Source: Somniosus microcephalus (Eukaryota). From it: a DNA stretch of 64,000 bases. Below the pieces are notes generated by a model. That model saw only the letters and a list, made by a program, of their open reading frames with translations, was not told where the DNA came from and searched no databases. How positions within the stretch are numbered: position 1 is the first letter of the stretch; each line of letters opens with the position of its first letter. The DNA lies in the NCBI GenBank assembly GCA_052327205.1, contig CM126217.1:39742001-39806000 (forward strand), written 5' to 3'. The position numbers and the translations under genes were made by a program. This document shows, in pieces, positions 33,847-46,716 of this stretch.

Positions 33847-36800
33847 ATGGAGAAAATCCTTAGACCTATTCGTCTGGACTTGGACCCGAATGCACCAGCA
33901 GCTGGCAGGGTATGGAAGCATTGGTACCGTACTTTTGAGAATTTTCTGGATGAATGTGAAGCGGATGCTCCTGCTAGATTGAAGATACTTATCAATTATG
34001 TGACCCCAAAAGTGTTCGAATATGTTGATGAATGGGATAATTACGATGAGGTGATTCGGGCACTTAAGAAACTGTATGCCAAGACCCCAAATGAGGTCTA
34101 TGCTAGACATCTACTGGCCACAGCCCGACAAGGGCCAGGGGAATCAATTGACGAATTCCTGCAAGAACTTCGCAGGCTCAGCGTAGATTGTAACTTTCAG
34201 GCAGCCTCAGCTGAGCTGTACCGCCAAGAAATGATTCGTGATGCTTTCATCTGCGGGATTGCCTCTCCATTTATACGCCAGCGTCTACTAGAAAGTAAAA
34301 CACTTGAGCTACAAAAACTTTTGACCTAGCTTGTTCACTGGATTTGGCAAAGAGAAATGCAGACCTCTATCAGCTGCCCAGATCTCGATCTGCTGCTGTA
34401 GCTGCAACCAGACAATTCAAGCGGTCTCAGGTGAACCCTATCATGGGGGAATATAATTCTGATAATTCTGATGAAGAAGAGGAGGACGACCCCACTTTAG
34501 CAGCCTCTTGGCAATCTAGGAAGGAATGCTTCTTTTGTGGAGATGCTTTTCACCCTAGGAAAACCTGCCCTGCTCGCAATGCAATCTGCAGTTATTGCAG
34601 GAAAAAAGGACACTTTGCTAAAGTTTGCCTATCAAGGGCCTCTACGAGGACCAATCCAGCTAAGGCCTACCGAACTGCCCCAATTAGGGCCTATCAAGAT
34701 GCTCCAGCTAGGACCTATCAAGCTTCCTCTCGAGCTCTCTCCCGAAGAAGCACACCGAGAGTTTTAGCCACTCTCTGTGCAACGACACCAATTACAGCTG
34801 CTTGCCCACAGAACCTGTCTCATGCAGCCACAAAAATTTCAATTAAAGGGCATACCTTAGATGCCTTAATTGACTCAGGAAGTACTGATAGTTTCATTAA
34901 GGAACAGATTGTTGCGAAATTGAAACTACATGTCTTCCCATCGGACCAGGCAATTGCGATGGCCCAGTCATCACTTAATACCAGAATCTCCGGCTTTTGT
35001 GTTGTTGATATGACACTTCATGGTCGTATGTATCCCTCCACCCGACTTTCGGTGCTCAAGGACTTATGTAGTGATCTCCTCTTAGGACTGGACTTCCAAA
35101 AACAGCACAAGAAACTCACCATTGAGTTTGGTGGATCCAAACCCGGACTTACTATTTCTAATATACCGTCTAAATTACCATTTTGTGCATTATCAGCAGC
35201 TTCATTTGATGAACCCTCATTATTTGCCAGTATTCCGCCTCAATGCCAACCGATAATAACGAAATCGCGGCGCTTTAATCAGGAAGACCAATCTTTTATT
35301 GCGGCTGAAATCTCTCGACTTCTAGCAGAGGATATCATTGAACCATGTTCGTCGCCCTGGCGGGCTCAAGTCGTCATTGTCAAGAACCCTCTAAAACCTC
35401 ACAAACAGCGACTATGCATCGATTATTCGCAAACCATCGATCAATATACCGACTTGGACGCCTACCCATTGCCACGCATTGATGATATGGTTAATAAACT
35501 GGTCGAATACAAAGTGTTCTCAACTTGCGATTTAAAAAGTGCCTATCATCAGTTACCCTTGAAGGTCTCAGATAAGCAGTACACAGCCTTTGAGGCTAAT
35601 GGACGGCTGTACCAATTTCGTCGCCTCCCATTCGGGGTTACTAATGGAGTGGCTGTCTTTCAACGGGCAATGGATGGCCTGGTTAAGCAGGAAAACCTAA
35701 GGGACACTTTTCCCTATCTTGATAACATTACCATTGCAGGTCACGATCAACAGGAACACGACTCCAACCTCCCAAAATTTCGGGATGCCCTCCATCGCCG
35801 TAATTTGACCCTGAATGAATCCAAATCTGTTGAGTCGCAACCGACCATCAACATCCTTGGCTACTGCGTAGGCAATGGTATCATTAAGCCAGACCCAGAA
35901 AGACTTCGCCCGCTCCAAGAGCTCCCGTCACCTAAGAATCCGGCTTCTTTACGTCGGGCTCTCGGTCTGTTTGCATACTACGCTAAATGGATTCCTCATT
36001 TTTCGGACAAAATCCAACCCTTGCTGCATGCTAGATCATTTCCACTGGGAACAGCGGCTGTTGCAGCCTTTAACCTTCTCAAAAAACAGTTGGAGAAAGC
36101 GGCTCTTCACTCCATTGATGAGAATCTCCCTTTCGTGGTTGAATGTGATGCCTCGGAGGTGGCGATCTCGGCTACTCTGAATCAGGAAGGTCGTCCTGTA
36201 GCATTTATGTCCAGGACCTTACAAGGTGCCGAGCTACATTATCCTCCGGTTGAGAAAGAAGCCACAGCCATCATAGAGGCGGTACGGAAGTGGAACCATT
36301 TTCTAGCTCGCCAGCACTTTACATTGATCACGGACCAACGATCAGTCGCCTTCATGCTCGATAATCGAAAACGAACCAAAGTTAAGAATAATAAAATACA
36401 ACTTTGGAGGATGGAACTGGCCTCTTTTGGTTATACCATTCTCTATCGGCCTGGCAAGGAGAATGTGGCCCCGGACACCCTCACACGGGCATTCTGCTCC
36501 ACTATGTCATCCTCCACCCTCATGGATGTCCACAATGGTTTGTGTCATCCTGGCGTTACGCGCATGCTACATTTCGTACGATCACGGAATCTCCCTTTTT
36601 CCACTGGAGATGTAAAGAAAATATGCTCAGAATGCCGGCTTTGTGCGGAATTAAAACCTCAGTTCTTCCGCCCCTCAGATGGTATACTCATACATGCAAC
36701 CCAACCGATGCAATGACTTAGCATCGATTTTAAGGGCCCAGTGCCCTCTTCAACTCGGAACACATATTTGCTCACCATGATCGACGAATATTCACGTTTT

Positions 36801-37752
36801 CCGTTTGCCTTCCCCTGCTCCAATCTGCTGCCTTGAGCAGGTATTTTCTCTCTGTGGCATGCCGGCTTATATTCACTCAGATCGGGGTCCATCCTTTATG
36901 TCGAGGGAACTCAAGGACTACCTCTCAGAACGGGGAATTGCTACAAGCAAAACAACACCATACCATCCCATCGGAAATGGGCAGGTAGAGAGGTATAACG
37001 GTATCATCTGGAATTCCGTACGTCTCGCTTTAAGATCTCGGGGCCTACCAGACCAGCAATGGGAAACAGTGCTTCCGGATGCATTGCAGTCTATACGGTC
37101 CCTGCTTTCTACAGCCACAAATACTACACCTCATGAGCGGTTCTTTGGATTCCAGCGTCGCTCATCTCATGGGACATCACTCCCGTCATGGCTAACTACT
37201 CCTGGACCTGTATTACTCCGAAGATACGTTCGGACATCTAAAAATGACCCTCTTGTAGACGAGGTCGAACTAACCGATGCCAACCCCACCTATGCAAACA
37301 TACGATATTCCGACGGCCGAGAATCTACCGTATCATTATGGGATCTGGCTCCCTGCCCACCAGGACCTAGTGGGACATCGGGTGATGGCATTTCACCAGG
37401 AAACTCTTGGGACCTATCGGGTACCCCTCTCCAGGATCCTGATCGGACACCAACTAGCTTGGTGCCGGTAGAACCCCGTGCTCAAGGTTGCGACCCTCCC
37501 AGTAGCACGCATGAAAGTACTGGTCCGCCACAGACCAGCTCTGCACCTCCCTCTGAACAGAGGCAGTCTGACTTTGAACCTATTGGGGCTCGTACTCGAA
37601 GCCATGATCTCCCCGACCCTTCACAGGGCAATCCAGGCCACACGGACTCTGGCCAATGGCCAACCGCATGTAAGCGGACCAGCGACCCTCTACGACGGGA
37701 ATCCAAACGGGTGCGACTCTTCCTTGTTCGGCGGCTGCGGACCAAAAGGTAG
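33847..37752 (+). pseudogene. Gypsy gag-pol with a frameshift at ~34315, a stop at 36714-36716 and a frameshift at ~36820
   Basis: Zinc knuckles CFFCG..H..C and CSYC...GH...C; protease LIDSGS; RT LPFGV...YLDN; RNase H CDAS/EKEA; integrase HPG, IDFKGP, HSDRG, GQVER. Confidence 0.9.
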
Positions 37753-37785
37753 ACCACAGCCTCCTAAACCTGCAGGAGGGAAGAA

Positions 37786-38039
37786 TGTGATAAAAATAAT
37801 AACTTCCGGGAAGTTATGTCATCACTTCCTGTGAACTGTGAACTGTGAACTATGAACATACCTCACTTCCTGTCATGTGTCACTTCCTGTTGGACTGGTA
37901 TAAATACTGGTCTGTTCAGTATTGTAAGAGGCTTCTACCAGAGGCATGGTAAAGACCTCTCTTGTATATAGTGTGTTTATAAGTTACTTAAAGCTTACTT
38001 TAAAGTTACTTGATGGTAAGCCTCCTTTTTCTTACATCA
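37786..38039 (+). repeat. Gypsy 3' LTR
   Basis: Follows the PPT. Direct repeat of 33505-33764. Confidence 0.95.
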
Positions 38040-38121
38040 CCCCCAACTCGCTCTCTCTCTCTCTTCCAACAACAACATGCCCTCAAAAAAGCCTCGGCAC
38101 CGCCGGGCACCCCCAGCTAGT

Positions 38122-38915
38122 ATAGATATAGATAGATGCTGCAAAATAGAGGCAGAGGGAGTTCAATGTCAGTAAATGTAAGGTAGTACATTGGTAAAAA
38201 AAGAATCATTATACTGTGAATGTGGGGAGCTGGGTGATGTGGAAGAGCGGAGGGATTTTGGGGTTCAGGTTCACAAGATATTAAAGCAACACCTCAAGTG
38301 GATAAGGCTGTTAAAGAATAAACAGAATACTGTGTTTTATGGGAAGAGGTATAGAGTATAAAAGTTGAGATGCAATGGCGAATCTATATAAACCTTAGTA
38401 AGCCCACAGTTGGAGAATTGTGGACAGTTTTGGGCTCTACACTATAGGAAGGATGTTGAGGTAATAGAGAGGGTACAGCACAGATTCACGAGGATGCTGC
38501 CTGGTGTGAGGAAATACTCTGGGGCTGTTTTTATTAGAACAGAGGAAATTACAGAATGATTTAATAGAGGCGCTTAAAATTACAAAAGGACAGCAGATAG
38601 AAACAGACTGTTTCCAGTATTTGAGAGTCTAGAACGAGGGGACATAGATACAAGATTAACTGTAAGAGATTTAGGACAGAGAGCAGGAGAATGTTTATTA
38701 CACAGAGGATTGTGAGGCTGTGGAGTTAGTGATTGAAACAGAGACCATGTCAACATTTAAATATAAGTTTGATAGATGGTTGGAGGAAAGGGGAAGGAAA
38801 GGATATGGGAAGAGGATGGGCACTTGGGATTGCGATGCTGCTCCTGTGGGGGAAAAACACCAACATAGACTGGTTGGGCCAAATGGCCTGTTATAATTTA
38901 CATGTAATTATATGA
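38122..38915 (+). mobile_element. Old degraded CR1 3' fragment
   Basis: Recognisable FNVSKC, PQLENCGQFW and TRGHRYK remnants plus a 3' stem-loop. Confidence 0.7.
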
Positions 38916-39317
38916 TTTTTTGGGGGAGGGGGATTTTAATATTTAAATGATGCAACCACCCAAAAGAGATGGATGCTGGCTCCCTCCACTCCTCAACCCC
39001 CACTATATAAATCAGGCAAATCCAACTGGGAAACGGGAAGTCTAGGTGTCGCTGTCCACACTGATACATGACAAGCGTTGGCTTGGGCTGGGACCCCACA
39101 CATGGCCAGCACCCACAGAACTGTACCCAGCAAGAGTCAGTGTCTTCAGGGAGGAGAGCATGGAAAGAAGCTATTGTGCTGTTGGTTGTATGGACAGTGC
39201 ACAAAGCTGGGCAATTGTTTCTTCATAACACTCCCCCTTCTACCAGCAGATGGCCCTGTTAGAACTCGTAACTGAGCGGAATTATTCAGAACAGATCATC
39301 AAACCTACTTACACCTC

Positions 39318-39498
39318 AATAGGAACATAGGAACAGGAGGAGGCCATTCAGCCCCTCAAGCCTGTTATATAGGAACAAGAGTGGGCCATTCAGCCCCTCA
39401 AGCCTGTTATATAGGAACAGGAGGAGGTCATTCAGCCCCTCGAGCCTGTTACATATGAACAGGAGTAGGTCATTCAGCTCCTCAAGCCCATTACATAG
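39318..39498 (-). repeat. ~41-bp minisatellite made of CR1 3' tail units (4 copies, resuming at ~41897)
   Basis: Unit ATAGGAACAGGAGGAGGCCATTCAGCCCCTCAAGCCTGTTAT. Confidence 0.8.
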
Positions 39499-39502
39499 AA
39501 TA

Positions 39503-40122
39503 CTAGCTGGGGGAGCCCGGCTTTGCCAGGGCTGTTTTGGGCCGGGCGGTTTAAATCGAGTCCCAGGCTTTGGGGCCTGTCTGTCTGTCTGTCCCTGTGT
39601 GAATCTGCTGCCGGGCAACATTTCTACCTTTTAATAGCTTCAAAGATGAAAGTGAAAGTACTTTTAAAAATTACATAACATTTACCAAAAATGTTTTATA
39701 AGAGATACTAACTTTTTCGAAGCTGGATTAGCAGAGTTTGAGCTGGAAGTAGTGAAGCAATGGCTGCCCGATGCCGGAGTTGAAAAGCATTAGTCCCGCC
39801 CACAGACGCAGCGATTGGCCAACCATCAGGCGACTGAACTGTAGGATTGGTCAATCGTGCCGGCACAGGATTGGTCGACCTTGACGTCAGTCAATCAATG
39901 CTACTTAGCAGATAATGAGTTTAATTTTGAAGGTTTTTTGCATAACGCGCGAACAATTTTTGTCCGGCCGAAACGTAAATATGCTTAGGACGGTTCTGGA
40001 ATCGTCAGCTTTCTTTTGACGTAACGCACGTGTAGGTACGCTCTATAACTTGAGAGTTAATTCAAGACAGACAGACAGACGGAATGACAGACAGAAGTAT
40101 CCTTTAATTTTATATATATAGA
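39503..40122 (-). mobile_element. Complete 620-bp non-autonomous Helitron
   Basis: Minus strand A|TCTATATATATAAAA...(CTGT)n...GCCCTGGCAAAGCCGGGC hairpin...CTAG|T. No TSD. Removing it restores AGAATATGAGAGTAAA, which is repeated just downstream. Confidence 0.92.
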
Positions 40123-41896
40123 TGAGAGTAAATTAACAGAATATGAGAGTAAACAAGCAGAATATGAGAGTAAACTAGCGAGGGACATAAAAACAGATTG
40201 TAAAAGCTTCTATAGATATGTAAAAAGGAAGAGATTAGCGAAAGTAAACGTGGGTCCCTTACATGCAGAGACAGGAGAAATTATAATGGGGAATAAGGAA
40301 ATGGCAGAGATGTTAAATACTTTGTATCTGTCTTCATGAAAGAAGACACAAAAGACATTCTGCAATAGTGAGGAATGAAGTGTCTAGTGAGAATGAGGAA
40401 CTTAAAAAAAAATTGTATTAGTAAAGAAATAGCACTGGAGAAATGAATGGGACTAAAAGCCAACAAATCCCCTTGACCTGATGGCCTACATCCTAGGGTT
40501 TTAAAAGAGGTGGCTACAGAGATAGTGGATGCATTGGTTTTGATCTTGCAGAATTCCCTAGATTTTAGAACAGTCCCAGCAGATTGGAAGACAGCAAATG
40601 TAACCCTGCTATTCAAGAAAGGAGGGAGTGAGAAAATAGGGAACTATGGAGAGAGAAAATAGGGAACTACAGGTCAGTTAGCCTGACATCAGTCGTAGGG
40701 AAAATGCTAGAATCTATTATTAGGGACATAGTAACAGGATTGGTTAAAGGACAGAAAACAGAGAGTAGGAATAAACGGGTCATTTTCAGGTTGGCAGGCT
40801 GTAGCTAGTGGAGTGCTGCAAGGATCAGTGCTTGGGCCTCAGCTGTTCACAATCTATATTAATGACTTAGATGAGGGGACCAAGTGTAATGTATCCAAGT
40901 TTGCTGATGATACAAAGTTGGGTGGGAAAGTAAGTTGTGAGGAGGACGCAAAGAGGCTGCAAAGGGATATAGACAGGTTAAGTGAGTGGGCAAGAACATG
41001 GCAAACAATGTTCCTTGTAAACTGTGCAGTCGCGCAGGGCCAAACAAAATTAGAGGGAATATTGATAGCAGATGGAATAAAATGTGGAGAAATGTGAAGT
41101 TATCTACTTTGGTAGGAAAAATAGAAAAGCAGAATATTTTTTAAATGGTGAGAGATTAGGAAATGTTGGTATTCAGAGGGGCCTGGGTGTCCTTGCACAC
41201 CAACCACAGAAAGTTAACATGCAGGTACAGCAAGCAATTAGGAAAGCAAATGGTATGTTAGCGTTTATTACAAAGGGATTGGAGTACAAGAGTAAAGAAG
41301 TCTTACTACAATTATATAGAGCCTTGTGAGACCACACCTGGAGTATTGTGTACAGTTTTGGTCTCCTTACCTAAGGAAGGATATGTATGCCTTAGAGGGA
41401 GTGCAATGAAGGTTCACCAGACTGGTTCCTGGGATGGGGGGATTGTCCTATGAGGAGAGATTGAGTAGACTAGGCCTATATTCTCTAGTGTTTAGAAGAA
41501 TGAGAGGTGATCTCATTGAAACATATAAAATTCTTAAGGGGCTTGACAGAGTAGATGCTGGGAGGATGTTCCCCTGGCTGGGGAATCTAGAACCAGGGGT
41601 CACAGTCTCAGAAGAAGGGGTCGGCTATTTAGGACTGAGATGAGGAAAAAAAATTTCACTCAAAGGGTTGTGAATCTTTGTAATTCTCTACCCCAGAGGG
41701 CTGTGGATGCTCAATCATTGAGTATATTCAAGACGGAGATTGATAGATTTTTGGATACTAAGGGAACCAAGGGATATGGGAATAGTGCGGGAAGGTGGAG
41801 TTGAGGTAGAAGATCAGTCATATTATTGAATGGCGGAGCAGGCTCGACGGGCCAAATTGACTACTCCTGCTCCTATTTCTTATGTTCTTGTGTTCT
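40123..41896 (+). mobile_element. CR1 LINE, 5'-truncated and internally deleted
   Basis: QGSVLGP, KFADD and HLEY fragments. Tail TTATGTTCTT. Confidence 0.9.
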
Positions 41897-42930
41897 TAAC
41901 AGGAGTGGGCCATTCAGCTCTTCAAGCCTGTTACATAGGAACAGGAGTAGGCCGTTCAGCCCCTTGAGCCTGTTCCACCATTCAATTAGAACATGGCTGA
42001 TCTGTACCTCAACTTCATTTACCTGGATTTTATCCATAAGCCTAGATGCCCTTATCTAACAAAAATCTATCGATCTCAGTCTTAAAAGCTCCAACTGACC
42101 CCCAGCATCCACAGCCTTTTGGGGGAGGGAGTTCCAGATTTCCAGTACACGTTGTGTGAAAAAGTGTTTCCTGATTTCACTCTTGAAAGGCCTAGCTCCA
42201 ATTTTAAGATTGTGCCCTCTTGTTCTGGATTCCCGCAGCAGAGGAAATAGTTTCTCTGTATCTACCCTATCGAATCCTTTTGTCATTCAGATGAGAAACA
42301 CCTTGATTGGATCACCCCTCAATCTTCTAAACCCAAAGGATTATAACCCAAGTTTATGCAACCTGGCCTCATAATGAAAACCATTAATCCCTGGTAATGA
42401 TCTGTGTATCTGCACACCAAGGTCCCTCTGCTCCTCTACCCCATCTAAAATCTCACCATTCAAGGTTAATTTTCTTTCCAAAATGTATTACTTCACATTT
42501 TTCTACATTGCACTGTTATAAAGCCAGAGCGCCTCTTTGCACTGCAGTCCTCATTAACAGGAAGACTGGCTTGCACACGCCAAGGCACTGGGCAAAGTCC
42601 ATTTTAAAAACTGGAAAGAACTTAGGAACATAGGAACAGGAGTAGGCTATTCAGCGCCTCAAGACGGTCCCACCAGTTAGATCATGGCTAATCTGTATCT
42701 TAACTCCATCTACCTGCCTTGGTTCCCTTACCCAACAAAAATCTGTCAATCTTAGTTGTGAAATTTTCAATTGATCTCCAGCCTCAACAGCTTTTTGGGG
42801 GAGGGAGAGTTCCAGATTTTCACTGCCCTTTGTGTGAAGAAGTGCTTCCTGACATCATCCCTGAACAGCCCAGCTGTAATTTTAAGGTTATGCCCCCTTG
42901 TTCTGGACTCCCCCACCAGAGGGAATAGTT
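41897..42930 (-). mobile_element. Cluster of CR1 3' fragments
   Basis: Two TRGHNLK...FFTQR pieces with tails at ~41900-41980 and ~42617-42660. Confidence 0.75.
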
Positions 42931-43496
42931 TGGCCGAGAAATTGGAACCTTTAGCGCTGACCGTTAAGGCCGGGTTTGAAGAAAAAATGGCGGCCGGCTC
43001 ACTTCCACCTACATCCAGAGTGGAACACGGCGGCCGCCATATTGGGCAGGCCGGAACGCTGCCGTTGCCTGCACTCGCCTCAAATACTTTAATGACCAAG
43101 AGCGTGACGTCAATCGCCGTGCAATGCCGAGCGATTTTGGACATCACTGCTCCTCTTACTGCCCTCTCCAAAGCACTCCTGTGCGTGCAGCCGTTGACAG
43201 CGTGTAGAGCCTGGAGAAAGCGGCAGAGATATATAGATCTCAGCCACAGTCTTCAATAACTCTGGAGCGTATGTCCAGTCCAGTGAGATGGCTCATGGTC
43301 ATTGCTGCAGAAACACATCAGCAGATTGAGTGCCTGTTCTATACACGTTAGATGCCAGCACTCAACCGGAGCAGGTCAGTGAGGTCTGGCTCAATGTATA
43401 CAGATCCTTCCTGAGCTGCGGTGCCCAGAACTGAATGCAGTTACTCCAGACAGGCTCCAACCAGAGCTCTATACAACTTCTGAAATATATAATTTA

Positions 43497-43670
43497 TTCT
43501 TCGGATGTGGGCGTCACTGGCAATGCCAGCATTTATTGCCCATCCCTAGTTGCCCTTGAGAAGGTGGTGGTGAGCTGCCTTCTTGAACGGCTGCAGTCCA
43601 GTGCTGAAGGTTCTCCCACAGTGCTTGTGCATGTCCGAGTCAGGATGGTGTGTGACTCGGAGGGGAACTC
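43497..43670 (-). mobile_element. Short 3' fragment of the 4229-7455 LINE family
   Basis: GGATGTGGGCGTCACTGGCAATGCCAGCATTTATTGCCCATCCC matches 4250-4292. Confidence 0.8.
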
Positions 43671-43936
43671 TGAGAAAAGATGTCCAGCAGTCATTAACAA
43701 ATGAAGTTAGGAGACTCATATGTTGTCCCATTCTTTTCACTTTTTCTACCTTGCCCCCTAAACTTGTGACTGCAGGCCCCAGAGTTAGAGCACACAAATT
43801 GAGGCAAGCAATGAGACCCATGGGTAGAATTACATAGAATGTATAGCACAGAAATAGGCCATTCGGCCCTTCTGGTCCATGCCGGTGTTTATGGACCAAA
43901 CAAACCGCCTCCCACCCCTCTTCATCTCACCCTATC

Positions 43937-44748
43937 TGTAGGGGGTGGTGTGTGTGTCAGCTTCACCTCTGACTCCTTTGAGCGGTTCGAATCGCTCCCA
44001 CTCCCTTGGTTCTAGACCTGGACTTATTTGGGGGTTGTAATGAAATTGCAACAAACAACTGAGTTGGTGAAAAGAACTTGGATTTTATTTGAGACAACAA
44101 AATATACACAACACAATAAATCTTATCACTCTAAAAGGGGGGAACACTTTGGAATATGCGAGGGAGAATGACAATAGACAAAAATACCTTACCCCTCCCA
44201 ATCCCACTATACTAACTAGGTTGAATTCCAGAGGACTAGGAAATGCTCACCAAACGCAGGAATAGTTTGTAGAGTGGGAAAAACTTGCAGATCTTCGGTT
44301 TCTTCCAGGTTGGTTTCTTGTTGGTCGCAGTGGCCCAATATTACCTAGTTGTTGGTAATATTGTTGGTTGTTTGTTTCGTGGGGCCCTTGGTCGCTGCGA
44401 TTCCTTCTGTTCTCCTTCTGTTGTCCCGAGGCTGATGTCTTTCGAATGAGCTGTGCCTTTTTCTGTGTCTGTCCGAACTGTACTGATCGAACCCATCGAA
44501 TGAACTGCCTTCTTGTGGAGACAGGTCTTTAGTTTATATGAAAACGAAACCTGCTAATCTTGTTAGATTTTTGGCTGGCTCATTAAGGGCCACTTGATTG
44601 GTCCCATTTAGTTAACTGGTTTCGGGATAGCTTCCTGAGTAGTTGAAGGTGGTGTAAAGTGGTTTTGAATGTCTCAAAGTCTTTTAATCTTAGATTTCCT
44701 GTAAGGCCTTCAAATTCTGTGCAGGTTCTTTTATGCATGGGTTTTACA
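43937..44748 (-). mobile_element. Possible solo LTR
   Basis: TGTA...TACA ends, minus-strand AATAAA at ~44084-44089, sits between CR1 tails. No TSD found. Confidence 0.4.
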
Positions 44749-46168
44749 TAGAAACATAGAAGATAGGAGCAGGAGTAGGCCATTCGGCCCTTCGAGCCTG
44801 CTCCACCATTCAATGTGATCATGGCTGATCATCCAAATTCAGTACCCTGTCCCTGCCTTTTCCCCATATCCCTTGATCCCTTTAGCCTCAAGAAATATAT
44901 CCAACTCTTTCTTGAATATATTTAATGAACTAGCCTCCACCGCCCTCTGTGGCAGAGAATTCCACAGGTTCACCACTCTCTGGGTGAAGAAATTCCTCCT
45001 CATTTCATTCCTAAATGGCTTACCCCTTATCCTTAGACTAGGACCTCTGGTTCTGGACTCCCCGGCCATCAGAAACATCCTTCCTGCATCTAGTCTGTCC
45101 AGGCCTGACAGAATTTTATAGGTTTCGATGAGATCCCCTCTCAATCTTCTAAACTCCAGTGAGTATAAGCCCAATCGACACAATCTCTCCTCATGCGTCA
45201 TTCCTGCCATCCCAGGTATCAGCCTGGTGAACCTTCACTGCACTCCTTCCATGGCAAGAACATCCTTCCTCAGATAAGGCGACCAAAACTGCACACAATA
45301 CTCAAGGTGCGGTCTCACCAAAGCCCTGCACAACTGCAGCAAGACATCCTTGTTCCTGTACTCGAACCCTCTCGCTACGAAGGCCAACATACCATTTGCC
45401 TTCTTAACCGCTTGCTGCACCTGCATGCTTACCTTCAGCGACTGGTGCACAAGAGCACCCAGGTCTCTTTGCACTTCCCCTTCTCCCAATCTATTACCAT
45501 TCAAATAATAATCTGCCTTCCTGTTTTTGCCACCAAAGTGGATAACCTCACATTTATTCACATTATAGTGCATTTGCCATGTTTCTGCCCAATCACCCAA
45601 CCTATCCAAATCGTACTGGAGTTTCACGACATTCGCCTCACAGCACACCCTCCCACCCAGCTTTGTATCATCTGCAAATTTGGAGATATTACATCCAATT
45701 CCCTCGTCCAGTCCATTAATATATATTGTGAACAGCTGGGGTCCTAGGACCGATCCTTGCGGTACCCCACTAGTCACTGCCTGCCACTCGGAAAATGACC
45801 CGTTTATTCCAACTCTTTGCTTTCTATCTGCCAACTAGTTCTCTGTCCAAGTCAATACCTTGCCCCCAATCCCATGTGCCTTAATTTTGCACGCTAATCT
45901 CTTATGCGGGACCTTATCGAAAGCCTTCTGAAAGTCCAAATACAGCACATCCACTGGTTCTCCCTTATCTATTTTACCAGTTAAATCCTCAAAAAATTCC
46001 AGTAGATTAGTCAAGCACGATTTACCTTTTGTAAATCCATGTTGACTTTGTCCGATCCTGTCACTGCTTTCCAAGTGCTCTGCTATTACATCTTTTATAA
46101 TGGACTCTAGCATTTTCCCCACTACCGATGTCAGTCTATAATTCCCCGCTTTTTCTCTACCACCTTTT
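44749..46168 (-). mobile_element. Young CR1 LINE 3' ~1.4 kb
   Basis: ORF pieces 46122-45835, 45834-45235 and 45210-44839 (QHGF, DFQKAFD, GVPQG, FADD). Tail at 44749. Confidence 0.92.
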
Positions 46169-46602
46169 TTGTCCTATGAGGAGAGGTTGAGTAGAACAGA
46201 GTTTAGAAAAACGAGAGGTGATCTCATTGAAATCCATAAGATTTTGAGAGGGCTTGACAAGGTAGATGCTCAGAGGCTGTTTCCCTTGGCTGGAGATTCG
46301 AGAACTAGGGTGCATAGTCTCAGGTTAAGGGGTCAGCCATTTAGCACTGAGATGAGGAGATATTTCTTTACTCAGAGGGTTGTGAATCTTTGGAATTCTC
46401 TACCCCAGAGAGCTGTGGATGCTCAGTCATTGAGTATATTCAAGGCTGAGATCAATAGATTTTTGGATTCTAAGGGAATCAAGGGATATGGAGATGGGGC
46501 GGGAAAGTGGAGTTGGGGTAGAAGGTCAGCCATGATCTTATTGAATGGCAGAGCAGACTCGAGGGGCTATGCAGCCTACTCCTGCTCCGACTTATGTTCT
46601 TA
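46169..46602 (+). mobile_element. CR1 3' fragment joined back-to-back with the previous copy
   Basis: LSYEERL...FFTQRVV plus tail. Confidence 0.88.
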
Positions 46603-46716
46603 AACCTGGGACATTCCGGGTCAGTATCTCACTAGACAATGCATTACCCAGTAAATTAATGTGTCGCTGCCTCATGTTTTTATGAGGAGGTTGCAACCAA
46701 CAAGTTGTTGTTTTCA

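Larger units (their letters stand above)
33505..38039 (+). mobile_element. Ty3/Gypsy LTR retrotransposon, full length (4.5 kb), defective as assembled
   Basis: TG...CA LTRs at 33505-33764 and 37786-38039. C-run target duplication. PPT AGGAGGGAAGAA at 37774-37785. Domain order gag-PR-RT-RH-IN. Confidence 0.96.
33283..38120 (+). mobile_element. 3' part of a non-autonomous Helitron (CT-rich body), interrupted by the Gypsy element
   Basis: Ends CCTCAAAAAAGCCTCGGCACCGCCGGGCACCCCCAG-CTAG|T (hairpin plus CTAG at 38117-38120). Inverted homologue of 12653-12710. Confidence 0.7.

Noticed and set aside
39318-39498. CRISPR-like repeat array (also 22188-22630 and 59820-60260)
   Set aside because: Eukaryotic context, contiguous units without unique spacers, and no cas genes.
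42771-43259. 162-aa ORF containing AAAATGGCGGCC (YY1-like start)
   Set aside because: It starts in antisense CR1 and continues into repeat-like DNA. No recognisable protein.
44749-46602. Twin-priming 5' inversion of one CR1
   Set aside because: Both pieces have their own 3' tails and overlapping, diverged sequence, so they are two insertions.
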